A stretch of 37,525 bases of DNA from Spirochaetota bacterium (GTDB lineage: Bacteria; Spirochaetota; Spirochaetia; Treponematales; UBA12059): NCBI GenBank assembly GCA_041306765.1, contig JBFZER010000314.1, forward strand, positions 1 to 37,525. The letters are read 5' to 3'. Of this stretch, positions 8,687 through 16,206 are shown piece by piece (the stretch's first letter is position 1; each line of letters begins with the position of its first letter). The notes beneath the pieces were generated by a model that saw nothing but the letters and a program-made list of their open reading frames with translations, searched no databases and had not been told where the DNA came from. Position numbers and translations under genes: made by a program.

Positions 8687-9555
8687 GCCTCCCCGTCAGG
8701 AGGATCGGACAGAACCCTCCGTATCTTGTCTATCGTGAGGGGCGCGGAGCCCTCGTAGTGGTTGTTCACGTTCAGGTACACCTCGTCCAGGGCCTCCACC
8801 AGGGTTTCCAGCTCCGGGACGATCCGGGCCAGGTCCCCGTCCTTGGACCGCACGATCCGGCTCCAGTCCTCCCCCGTGCGCTCCTCCATGCCCTCCCGGT
8901 CCTCACCGTGGAGGCGGACGCAGGCCCGGTCCCGGATCCGGTTTCCGTGCCGGGCCAGGATTTCCGCCAGGTCCTCCATCCAGTAGCCCTGGAGCAGGAC
9001 CGGAGCGGCGCCGTGCTTCGTCAGGAAGTCGAACCAGGAGTCGTCGATCCACCGGGGATTCCGGATTTCCACGCCGTAGGGAAGGTCCCCGGGCAGGGAG
9101 TCCAGGAAGGCACCCAGCCGCTCCAGGAAGGCTTCCCGGCCGGACATCTTGACCTTGTTGAGGTACTCGAACTGGAAGAGGAAAAGCCCGACCTTGGGAA
9201 CCAGGGGGGCCAGGGCGTCCAGAAATTTGTGGAATAAGTCAGGATCCAGGAACCGGGGATTCGGCGCCGCTACTTCGCCCTTCCGGGCGTAGGGATGGGT
9301 GAGGGTAAGGGCGTTGGGGCACTTCACGGTGAACCGGAAATCCGAAGGCGTGGCCGCGTCGTATTCCAGGACAGTGTCCCGGCGGGGCAGACCCGCCCCG
9401 GACTTGCCCAGGGACCAGAACCACTGGTCCACCTCCACGGTGTCGTACTTCCGGGCGTACTCGGCCAGGTAGTTCCCGGGATCCCGGCTGGAATAGACCA
9501 GGCCTTCCCAGGAGGGATATTTCCAGGAACAGGCGCCGACGCGGAGGGTGCCCAC
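8683..9555 (-). CDS. DUF72 (YecE/UPF0759) family protein
   Basis: 290 aa. The N-terminus LRVGACSWKYPSWEGLVY, then YARKYDTVEVDQWFW, then the C-terminal VYLNVNNHYEGSAP are the characteristic DUF72 blocks. The GTG start lies 3 nt after the upstream stop, with GAGG 8 nt upstream. Confidence 0.85.
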   Translation of the reverse strand: MGTLRVGACSWKYPSWEGLVYSSRDPGNYLAEYARKYDTVEVDQWFWSLGKSGAGLPRRDTVLEYDAATPSDFRFTVKCPNALTLTHPYARKGEVAAPNPRFLDPDLFHKFLDALAPLVPKVGLFLFQFEYLNKVKMSGREAFLERLGAFLDSLPGDLPYGVEIRNPRWIDDSWFDFLTKHGAAPVLLQGYWMEDLAEILARHGNRIRDRACVRLHGEDREGMEERTGEDWSRIVRSKDGDLARIVPELETLVEALDEVYLNVNNHYEGSAPLTIDKIRRVLSDPPDGEA

Positions 9556-9558
9556 GGA

Positions 9559-10656
9559 TTACCTCAGGGCTTCCAGGTCCTTGGTCAGGATCGGGTCCCC
9601 CGGCAGGCGGCGCAGGCCCTCCTCCAGGATCGCCCGCGCTCCGGCCGTATCCCGCGCGTTGTAGCGTGCCGCGAAGCGGTTGTGGACATCCACCGCGAAG
9701 TTCCGGGCCGCCAGCACGTGCAATTCCCGCAGCCTCGGATCCGAGGGCGCCAGACCCCCGACTCCCTCGGTCATCTCCAGGGCGCCCGGCCAGTCCTTCC
9801 GCTCGATAAGCTCCGCCAGGGCGTTCTGGGCGCAGTCCGCCAGGAACTCCGCCGCGTCGGGCCCCGGGAAGCCCGTGGCCCGGTCCACGGCCAACCGCAG
9901 GGCATCCAGGTATCGTCCCTGCCTCTGCAGATCAACGGCCCGATTGTGGATGATCAATCCTACCAGGTGCTTTTCCGTGATGGTCTTGCGGCGGGCATAG
10001 TCCTGGGGCGGCACGTAGGCGAACTTCGTGGTCTTTGTGAAGGAGCTCAGGAACTGCTTGCTGGTGCCCGGATCGAATCCGAAGGGGTTGGTGGTCTCCA
10101 CGTCGATGTCCCGGCCTCCCACGGTGAGCACGCAGAAGGCGTGGTCCGGGGTCTGGACGCCTTTCATGGGCAGGACGAAGACCCGGGCCGCCAGGCAGTA
10201 GACCACCGCGGAGGACACGCAGTTGAAGTACCCCGTGTCGATCACCCCGTCCACGGTGGTGGCGCCCTCCTGGTATTCCTTGAACAGGGTCCTGTGCAGG
10301 AAGGGAAGGATGGATTCCGCCCGAAGGGCCGGGTCCTGGATGTGCTCGGACCGGGAGCGCAGGGCCTCGAAGGTCTCCCGGAGCCTGACGATGTAGTGCT
10401 CCATCCGCTCCGGGGGGACGCCCGACGCGACAAGTCCCGCCTCCGCGAGCTTCCGGGTGGGCATGGGCTCGGGGATGCCCCCGATCTCGACGAACCGGGG
10501 GTCCGGGGTGAAAAAAGCCGCCCATTCGGCGGGGTTTTGGGGGTAGGCGGCGGGCGCTGCCGGGGCCGCCCCGGCCGGTTTTACCTGGCCCGCCGCGGCC
10601 CCGGCCAGGAGGGCGGCAAGGGCGACGAGCAGGATTCGGAAGCGGAGGTCTCTCAT
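9559..10656 (-). CDS. Secreted transglutaminase-like (Transglut_core2/SirB1-like) protein with C-terminal TPR-like repeats
   Basis: Start is taken at ATG 10656, giving signal peptide MRDLRFRILLVALAALLAGAAAG. The Cys-His-Asp arrangement GYFNCVSSAVVYCLAARVFVLPMKGVQTPDHAFCVLTVGGRDIDVETTNP fits the transglutaminase-like core. The helical repeats are NRAVDLQRQGRYLDALRLAVD and ARAILEEGLRRLPGDP. The TTG at 10692 used by the ORF track coincides with a -35 element (next feature). Confidence 0.7.
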   Translation of the reverse strand: MRDLRFRILLVALAALLAGAAAGQVKPAGAAPAAPAAYPQNPAEWAAFFTPDPRFVEIGGIPEPMPTRKLAEAGLVASGVPPERMEHYIVRLRETFEALRSRSEHIQDPALRAESILPFLHRTLFKEYQEGATTVDGVIDTGYFNCVSSAVVYCLAARVFVLPMKGVQTPDHAFCVLTVGGRDIDVETTNPFGFDPGTSKQFLSSFTKTTKFAYVPPQDYARRKTITEKHLVGLIIHNRAVDLQRQGRYLDALRLAVDRATGFPGPDAAEFLADCAQNALAELIERKDWPGALEMTEGVGGLAPSDPRLRELHVLAARNFAVDVHNRFAARYNARDTAGARAILEEGLRRLPGDPILTKDLEALR

Positions 10657-10663
10657 GGCCGGG

Positions 10664-10692
10664 ATTATATCCCGCGCTGGGGAAGGGGGCAA
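10664..10692 (-). promoter_or_regulatory. Sigma70-type promoter positioned for a leaderless transcript of the transglutaminase-like gene
   Basis: Minus strand reads TTGCCC (10692-10687), a 17-nt spacer, then a perfect TATAAT (10669-10664). Only 7 nt (CCCGGCC) separate it from ATG 10656-10654, and there is no Shine-Dalgarno. The -10 element sits inside the palindrome CGGGAT-ATA-ATCCCG. Confidence 0.45.
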
Positions 10693-10696
10693 TGCG

Positions 10697-10714
10697 AAAA
10701 CCGGAACTGTCCGG
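10697..10714 (-). terminator. Weak terminator candidate after the 68-aa ORF
   Basis: The stem CCGGA (10701-10705) pairs with TCCGG (10710-10714) around a 4-nt loop. It is followed on the minus strand by TTTT (10700-10697). The stem is short. Confidence 0.3.
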
Positions 10715-10719
10715 CCGGC

Positions 10720-10926
10720 TCAACGTCTCAACGACGTATTCTCCTCAGCACCCCCAGGGCCGAGATCAGAGGCGTACCGAGTCCGCCATGCGGCGATCCG
10801 AGCAAAGGAAAGGGACACGACGATCGTGGTGCCGTCTTCCGGGTTCCGGAGCCGCCGGGCGGAGGAGAGGAGGGCCGCCAGGCTCTCGTCCCCCGGTTCG
10901 CCCCCCCGGACCGCCATATCCCTCAT
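10720..10926 (-). CDS. Possible 68-aa ORF translationally coupled to the upstream membrane protein
   Basis: The ATG overlaps the upstream TGA (ATGA, 10923-10926). The first ~45 codons have G/C-rich third positions like real genes here, and this decays toward the 3' end. I recognise no family. The NPEDGTTIVVSLSF segment faintly recalls the end of an HATPase domain, so a gene remnant is possible. Confidence 0.25.
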   Translation of the reverse strand: MRDMAVRGGEPGDESLAALLSSARRLRNPEDGTTIVVSLSFARIAAWRTRYASDLGPGGAEENTSLRR

Positions 10927-11660
10927 GCCCGGGGCGCCCCCGGTCGGCAGACCCGGCGGGTCAGCAGGAAGACCAGGGTCGGACTGACCAGGAGGCCCCC
11001 GACCGGCGTCAGGCCGATCTTGGTGAACAGGGTCGGCATCAGGCGGGAATAGGCCCAGAGTCCCTGGTCGAAGGCGCCGATTTCCAGGTAGATCAGGAAG
11101 GCGACGCAGATGGAGGTGGAGATGGCGAAGCCCACCCAGGGGCGGACGGCCAGGGACCGGATGCCGAAGAGCCTCCCTCCCTTGGAAAACCAGAACCGCT
11201 CCCGCAGGATCGCCAGGGTCAGGAGGTGGGCCCCGACCAGGAGCAGGGCGTCCAGGAAGGCGGCCCGCCAGAAGGTCTGGACGAAGAAGAGCTTCATCTC
11301 CACGGTGTTCTCACCGAAGTAGGGGATGCCCCGGTTGATCCCCTCGTACATGGGGATCTGGGAGACCTCCCAGAAGAAGTTGAAGAAGAACCCGAAGATC
11401 ACGATCAGGATCTCCGGCTGGAGGAGGAAGCGGAGTGCGGGATTCCGGACCCCGGGATCCGCGACGGTCTCGGGCGGGACGTATTGCCCGGTCTTCCGGA
11501 GTGCGGCATTTACGAGGGCGCCCAGCCCCAGACCGGCCAGGATCACGGCGATCCCCAGGAACATGCGGGGCAGGTTCGCAAGGCCCGTGAAGACCAGGAA
11601 GGCCCCGGCCAGGATGCCGGCGCCGCGGACGAGGGTTCTGAGAAGGATGAGGGGTTTCAT
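10923..11660 (-). CDS. Integral membrane protein, ~6 TM, family not recognised
   Basis: Start is taken at ATG 11660 (MKPLILLRTLV...). It is preceded by AGGAG 7 nt upstream and a TATACT -10-like hexamer. The longer track ORF (to 11795) adds a non-hydrophobic, low-quality extension. Hydrophobic segments include IVIFGFFFNFFWEVSQIP and FAISTSICVAFLIYLEIGA. Confidence 0.65.
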   Translation of the reverse strand: MKPLILLRTLVRGAGILAGAFLVFTGLANLPRMFLGIAVILAGLGLGALVNAALRKTGQYVPPETVADPGVRNPALRFLLQPEILIVIFGFFFNFFWEVSQIPMYEGINRGIPYFGENTVEMKLFFVQTFWRAAFLDALLLVGAHLLTLAILRERFWFSKGGRLFGIRSLAVRPWVGFAISTSICVAFLIYLEIGAFDQGLWAYSRLMPTLFTKIGLTPVGGLLVSPTLVFLLTRRVCRPGAPRA

Positions 11661-11763
11661 ATTCTGACTCCTGGTGTCAGTATAGATCATCTTTCCGGAT
11701 GGTGCGAGAATCTGTGGATTCAAACGGAGGAATTCCGTACTCCACGAGGACGGGGAGGTCCCT

Positions 11764-12570
11764 ATGCCTTCAACCGGAGCCCGAGCCCTGTACATCCCTC
11801 ACGGCGGCGGCCCCCTGCCGCTCCTGGGCGATCCCGGCCACGGAGAACTCGTAGAGGCACTCCGGAACCTCGGCCGGGAGTTCGGCCGGCCTGCCGCGAT
11901 CCTGGTCGTCAGCGCCCACTGGGAGGAGGCCGAGGTACGGGTGACGACCCGGGCCGCCCCCGATCTCCTGTACGATTACTACGGGTTCCCCGAGGAGGCG
12001 TATCGCATCCGCTATCCCGCCCCCGGGGACCCCGCCCTGGCAGGCCGAGTCCTGGGGGCCCTGGGAGCCGCGGGGATCCCCGCCCGGCCGGAGGAGTCGA
12101 GGGGCCTGGACCACGGGGTCTTCGTGCCCCTGGCCCTGATGTACCCCGGGGCGGACATCCGATGCGTCCAGGTTTCCCTGGTGCGCGGATTGGATCCGCA
12201 AGTCCATCTGGAGCTCGGCCGGGCCCTCTCGGCCCTGGCGGGAGAGGATATCCTGATCCTGGGCTCGGGTTTTTCCTTCCACAACATGCGGGAGTTCTTC
12301 TCGTCGGGGGCCGGGAGGCCCGACCCCCGGAACGAGGCCTTCCAGGACTGGCTGGCGGATGCCTGCGCCTCCGGAAACCTTCCGGATGAGGAGCGCCGGA
12401 AACGGCTGGCGGACTGGGAACGGGCTCCCCATGCCCGGTACTGCCATCCCCGGGAGGAGCACCTGCTCCCCCTGCACGTCTGCGCCGGGTTCGGCGGCCG
12501 GCCGGCTTCGCGATCCTGGTCCTGGACCGTGCTGGGAAAGCGGGCCTCGGTCTTTCTCTGGGAGCCCTGA
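11764..12570 (+). CDS. ygiD: Class III extradiol dioxygenase, 4,5-DOPA dioxygenase (YgiD/LigB) family
   Basis: 268 aa. Blocks LYIPHGGGP, ILVVSAHWE, YDYYGFPEEAYRIRYPAPGDPALA, LDHGVFVPLALMYPGADIRCVQVS, GSGFSFHN and EEHLLPL align by eye with E. coli YgiD. GGAGG lies upstream of the ATG. Confidence 0.85.
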   Translation: MPSTGARALYIPHGGGPLPLLGDPGHGELVEALRNLGREFGRPAAILVVSAHWEEAEVRVTTRAAPDLLYDYYGFPEEAYRIRYPAPGDPALAGRVLGALGAAGIPARPEESRGLDHGVFVPLALMYPGADIRCVQVSLVRGLDPQVHLELGRALSALAGEDILILGSGFSFHNMREFFSSGAGRPDPRNEAFQDWLADACASGNLPDEERRKRLADWERAPHARYCHPREEHLLPLHVCAGFGGRPASRSWSWTVLGKRASVFLWEP

Positions 12571-12636
12571 TCCGGACGGGCGGCGTGCCGCCCCGAGCGT
12601 CTTCCGCCGTTACGGCGCCGGGCGTCGCCCGGTACG

Positions 12637-13641
12637 CTACCGGTCCCGGCCCTTTCCGGAATCCGTGATCTCCACCAGTTCCTTGGGGAAGGGATCCAGG
12701 AAAACCTGGTCCAACAGGTAGCGGACCTCGAACCGCACGGCCCAGGCCCTGAGAAGGGCGAAGAGGGCGGAGGCGGGGATGCGCTCGTCCCGGTATTCCT
12801 CGACGGCGTCCAGGAAGAGCTTGCGTTCCCCCGCGGATAGGCGGTCCGAGAAGCCCCCGAAGGCGTGCAAGGCCGTGTTGATGATGCCCCCCGGTTTGGC
12901 CGGGCTTGCGAACATCGTGCCCAGCTCCGCCCGATACTCCGACAGCACAGCCGGAAAGGGGTGCCGTTCCAGGTTGGCCGCGATCCGGCCCAGGCGGCGC
13001 ATGGACGCCTGGTTGATCGCCAGGAAGAGGAGCTTGTGCCGGGCCTGGTACTCCGAGAGTTCCCGGGGGCCGCCGGATTCCGCGACGGCCCGGAACCGGG
13101 CCAGGGCGAAGAGGCAGGACAGGAAGTGCTCCCGGAGGGTGTAGTTCTTGAGGCGGCCTTCGTCCTCCACGGGCACGCCTGTAAGGGCCTCCAGGACAGC
13201 GGCTCCGAAGAGGCCGACTCCGATGTCCGCCATGGCCCCCGGTTCCGTGGAGCGGTAGACCTTCACGTCCTTCATCCCGCAGGAGGGAGAGCGAGACTTG
13301 AGCACCGCCCCGTCCACTGCGGGCAGTCCCGCGGGCGGCTTGGAAACCCCGGGAGCGGTCCCGGCCAACTCCGCGGCCTTGGCGGCGCAGAAGGCCTTCA
13401 TGGCCTGGGTATGGTCCCGGCCCGTGGCGGGCTGGATCATCCGGATTTCCCCGCCCGCCCGGGCCAGGCGCACGGGATCCCGGGGAACCCCCAGTCCCGT
13501 GTCCTTTTCGGGGCAGGCCGTGACCACGTCGCAGAAGCCGGCCAGCTGAGCTACCAGCCTGTCCTCGATGACCGCGCCGTTGTAGCGGCAGGCCTCGAAC
13601 CCGAGACAGCGGGACACGAACAACGTGGGGCGGGGGTGCAT
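12637..13641 (-). CDS. DUF523 (TudS-like Fe-S thionucleobase desulfidase fold) fused to DUF1722 (YbgA-like)
   Basis: This is the real part of track ORF 12637..14352, with start at ATG 13641 (MHPRPTLFVSRCLGFEACRYNG...). The three DUF523 cysteine contexts are present: SRCLG, ACPE and SPSCG. The C-terminal half (YQARHKLLFLA ... LLRAWAVRF) matches the YbgA/DUF1722 pattern. Confidence 0.85.
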   Translation of the reverse strand: MHPRPTLFVSRCLGFEACRYNGAVIEDRLVAQLAGFCDVVTACPEKDTGLGVPRDPVRLARAGGEIRMIQPATGRDHTQAMKAFCAAKAAELAGTAPGVSKPPAGLPAVDGAVLKSRSPSCGMKDVKVYRSTEPGAMADIGVGLFGAAVLEALTGVPVEDEGRLKNYTLREHFLSCLFALARFRAVAESGGPRELSEYQARHKLLFLAINQASMRRLGRIAANLERHPFPAVLSEYRAELGTMFASPAKPGGIINTALHAFGGFSDRLSAGERKLFLDAVEEYRDERIPASALFALLRAWAVRFEVRYLLDQVFLDPFPKELVEITDSGKGRDR

Positions 13642-13769
13642 GGCGGCTCCTTCGCGGTTTCTATCGGCATACTCCCGGGAAGGGAGGAAGTCAAGGCCTT
13701 CGGTTCCGGACAAAACCCGCCCTCCGTGGTACTCTGTGCGCTGCTGCTGTCGAGGGGGGGAAGGGGCGG

Positions 13770-14885
13770 ATGAAGGCGTTGTACGCGTACTATACGGGAA
13801 CCGGAAACACCCTGAGGGCGCTGGAGAAGGTCGCCGAGGGACTTGCGGCTTCGGGGTGGGAGGCGGAGTGGCTCGAGATCCGCGCCGGCGGGCCGTCCCT
13901 GGGTTCCGCCCTGGAGAGCCTCCGGGAGAAGGACCTTCTGGTGCTGGGGTTCCCGGCCCTGGGCTTTTCCGCGCCGGATCCGGTGATCCGGACCCTGCGG
14001 GCCCTTCCAGGGCTTGCCGGCATCCGGGCGGCCGTTCTCTGCGCCTGCGGCGCGACCTCGGCCGAGGGACGGGTTTCGAACGGCTGGAGCGGAACCGCGG
14101 TCCCGGAAGTCCTCCGTATCCTGGCTCGAAAAGGCGCCGTTCCGGCAGGCTCGGCCGAGGCCAGCTATCCGGAAAACTGGACCCAGTTCTCCTCCCACGC
14201 GGATGGGGAGATACGGGATGCCCTTCTGGGCCACGGTGACGCCCAGGCCCGGGAGTTCGGAGCCCGCCTGGCCGCGTCCCTTGCCGTCGGCGGACCGGCC
14301 TCCCCCGGGGGCCCGGCCGGCTCGGTGCGGCGCGGACCCGTCTCCGGGGCATTCGGCCCCCTCATGTCCCGGGGGTTCCGGACCTTCGGCCGCCGTCTCC
14401 TGGCCCGTCTTTTCGTCGCGGACCGCTCCTGTACCTCCTGCGGACTGTGCGCCCGAACCTGCCCGACCGCGGCGATACGCATGACCGGAGGCCGGCCCTC
14501 CTGGTCCACGGCATGCTCCGCCTGCAACCGCTGCATCAACCTCTGCCCCGAGCGGGCCATACAGACTTCCTACGCCCGGCTCGTGCTCGTGTTGGGATTG
14601 AATCTCGCGGCCCTGTTCCTGTCGGGCCCCGCGGCGCGCGCCCTCCTGGAAACGGCATCCGCCCGGGGAGGCCCGGCATCGGGAAGATCAGCGTCCTTCG
14701 CGGCCGGCCTGGCTCTCTATCTCGGTTTCAGTCTCCTTCAGGCGGGACCCCTGGACGCGGGCCTGCGCGCCCTGGAAAGAAGCAAGGCCCTCGGCAATCT
14801 TTTCTCCCGGGGGTTCACGCAGAGGTTCGGCCGCTACCTGGCGCCGGGGTTCAAGCCGGGAAAGAATGCCCGGGATGTCCCCTGA
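13770..14885 (+). CDS. EFR1-family ferredoxin (flavodoxin-like N-domain, 2x[4Fe-4S] motifs, C-terminal TM segments)
   Basis: 371 aa. The N-terminus MKALYAYYTGTGNT is flavodoxin-like. The two cluster motifs are CTSCGLCARTCP and CSACNRCINLCP. Two hydrophobic helices lie near the C-terminus. Confidence 0.8.
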   Translation: MKALYAYYTGTGNTLRALEKVAEGLAASGWEAEWLEIRAGGPSLGSALESLREKDLLVLGFPALGFSAPDPVIRTLRALPGLAGIRAAVLCACGATSAEGRVSNGWSGTAVPEVLRILARKGAVPAGSAEASYPENWTQFSSHADGEIRDALLGHGDAQAREFGARLAASLAVGGPASPGGPAGSVRRGPVSGAFGPLMSRGFRTFGRRLLARLFVADRSCTSCGLCARTCPTAAIRMTGGRPSWSTACSACNRCINLCPERAIQTSYARLVLVLGLNLAALFLSGPAARALLETASARGGPASGRSASFAAGLALYLGFSLLQAGPLDAGLRALERSKALGNLFSRGFTQRFGRYLAPGFKPGKNARDVP

Positions 14886-16122
14886 CCGGATAGCCCCGGG
14901 CGGGTCCTCCAATCCCGCGGCCCCGGGGGAGCGGCTGCGCCTGGACGCCGCCACGGCCGGTTCCTTCCTTCGCAAGCTCGGGGAGAGGCTCGACTACAAC
15001 ATCAACATCATGGACCCGGACGGGATCATCATCGCCAGCCGGGACCCGTCCCGGGTCGGCACCTACCACGCCGCCGCGCGGCACCTTCTGGAATCCGGGG
15101 GCCGGGAGGAGCGCATCTCTCCCGGAGACCACCTTCCGGAGGGCACCAAGCCGGGCGTCAACCTTCCCCTGGAGGTCCGGGGGGAGGTGCTCGGGGTGGT
15201 CGGGGTGACCGGGGATCCTGCGGTCGTGGGGGATCTGGCCCAGGCAGTCAAGACCAGCGTCGAGTCCATGATCGAGTTGGAGTCCATGCGGGAGGCGGTC
15301 ATGAACCGCAGGACCCGGAAGTCCCAGCTTATGGCGTACCTGCTCTACGAGGAGGCCGTCCCGGAGTCGGCGGTGCTGGCCCTGGCCGGGAAGCTCGGCT
15401 ACGACCCCGCCCTGCGCCGCGCGGCCCTCCTGCTGCGTCTGCCGGCCGGAAAGAGCGCTGAAGAAGCCCTGGCCCAGGCCAAGTCCCGGGGAGCCCACGA
15501 TTCCCAGGATATCGCCAGCGCGGTCCCGGACGGTTCCCTCCTTGTATTCCGGAGGCTGGGGAGGGATGCGCGGGAGAAGCCCCAGGACGCCGAAGGCGTC
15601 CTGGGCTCGTACCGCGAGGAGGTCCGGGACTATTGCCGGAATTTCTCCCGGGAGACCGGGATCAACGAGGTCACCTGCTTCGCGGGGGCCCCCCAACGGG
15701 ATTTTTCCCGGTATCGGGGCAGCTATCGACAGGCCCTGTGGCTGGCGTCCCGGGTGTCCGCCGCTGCCGGGCAAGACCCGGTCCTGATCCTGGACCACCT
15801 GGACTCCTACTTCCTCGCAGCGACTCCGAGGATCGTGCTCGACGACGCCCTGTCCTCCGTCGCGTCCCTGGTGCCGGCGGAGCTGCGCCGCACCCTGGGG
15901 TCCACCCTGGAGGCCCTGGAGGCTTCGGGATTCAACGTCAAGGAGGCAGCCTCGAGGCTGGGTGTCCATCGCAACACCCTGTCGGCCCGGCTCGAGCGGC
16001 TCTCCGCGTTCCTGGGCTGCGATCCCCGGGGGGACGCCGGAGCCCTGTCCCTGTCTCGGGCGGTGGCCGCGTACCTCAAGCTGAGGGGCGGTACTGTGCA
16101 GGATGCACAGGCACGCCCCTGA
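14866..16122 (+). CDS. cdaR: CdaR/PucR-family sugar-diacid regulator
   Basis: The N-terminal region LDYNINIMDPDGIIIASRDPSRVGTYHAAA ... GVNLPLEVRGEVLGVVGVTGDP aligns by eye with E. coli CdaR. The C-terminal HTH is FNVKEAASRLGVHRNTLSARLERL. The start (ATG 14866 or 14875) overlaps the end of the EFR1 gene. Confidence 0.85.
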   Translation: MPGMSPDRIAPGGSSNPAAPGERLRLDAATAGSFLRKLGERLDYNINIMDPDGIIIASRDPSRVGTYHAAARHLLESGGREERISPGDHLPEGTKPGVNLPLEVRGEVLGVVGVTGDPAVVGDLAQAVKTSVESMIELESMREAVMNRRTRKSQLMAYLLYEEAVPESAVLALAGKLGYDPALRRAALLLRLPAGKSAEEALAQAKSRGAHDSQDIASAVPDGSLLVFRRLGRDAREKPQDAEGVLGSYREEVRDYCRNFSRETGINEVTCFAGAPQRDFSRYRGSYRQALWLASRVSAAAGQDPVLILDHLDSYFLAATPRIVLDDALSSVASLVPAELRRTLGSTLEALEASGFNVKEAASRLGVHRNTLSARLERLSAFLGCDPRGDAGALSLSRAVAAYLKLRGGTVQDAQARP

Positions 16123-16131
16123 GGAGGATGC

Positions 16132-16154
16132 CGATTTCTCAGTGACGGAAATCG
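16132..16154. repeat. Inverted repeat CGATTTC-N9-GAAATCG in the cdaR-gntP spacer
   Basis: The 7-bp arms lie at 16132-16138 and 16148-16154, about 55 nt upstream of the gntP-like ATG. Function is unknown (candidate operator or RNA hairpin). Confidence 0.3.
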
Positions 16155-16206
16155 AATTCCGACCCTAAAATCCTCCTTACTATCGCATTTCGCAAGGAGG
16201 ATCCCA

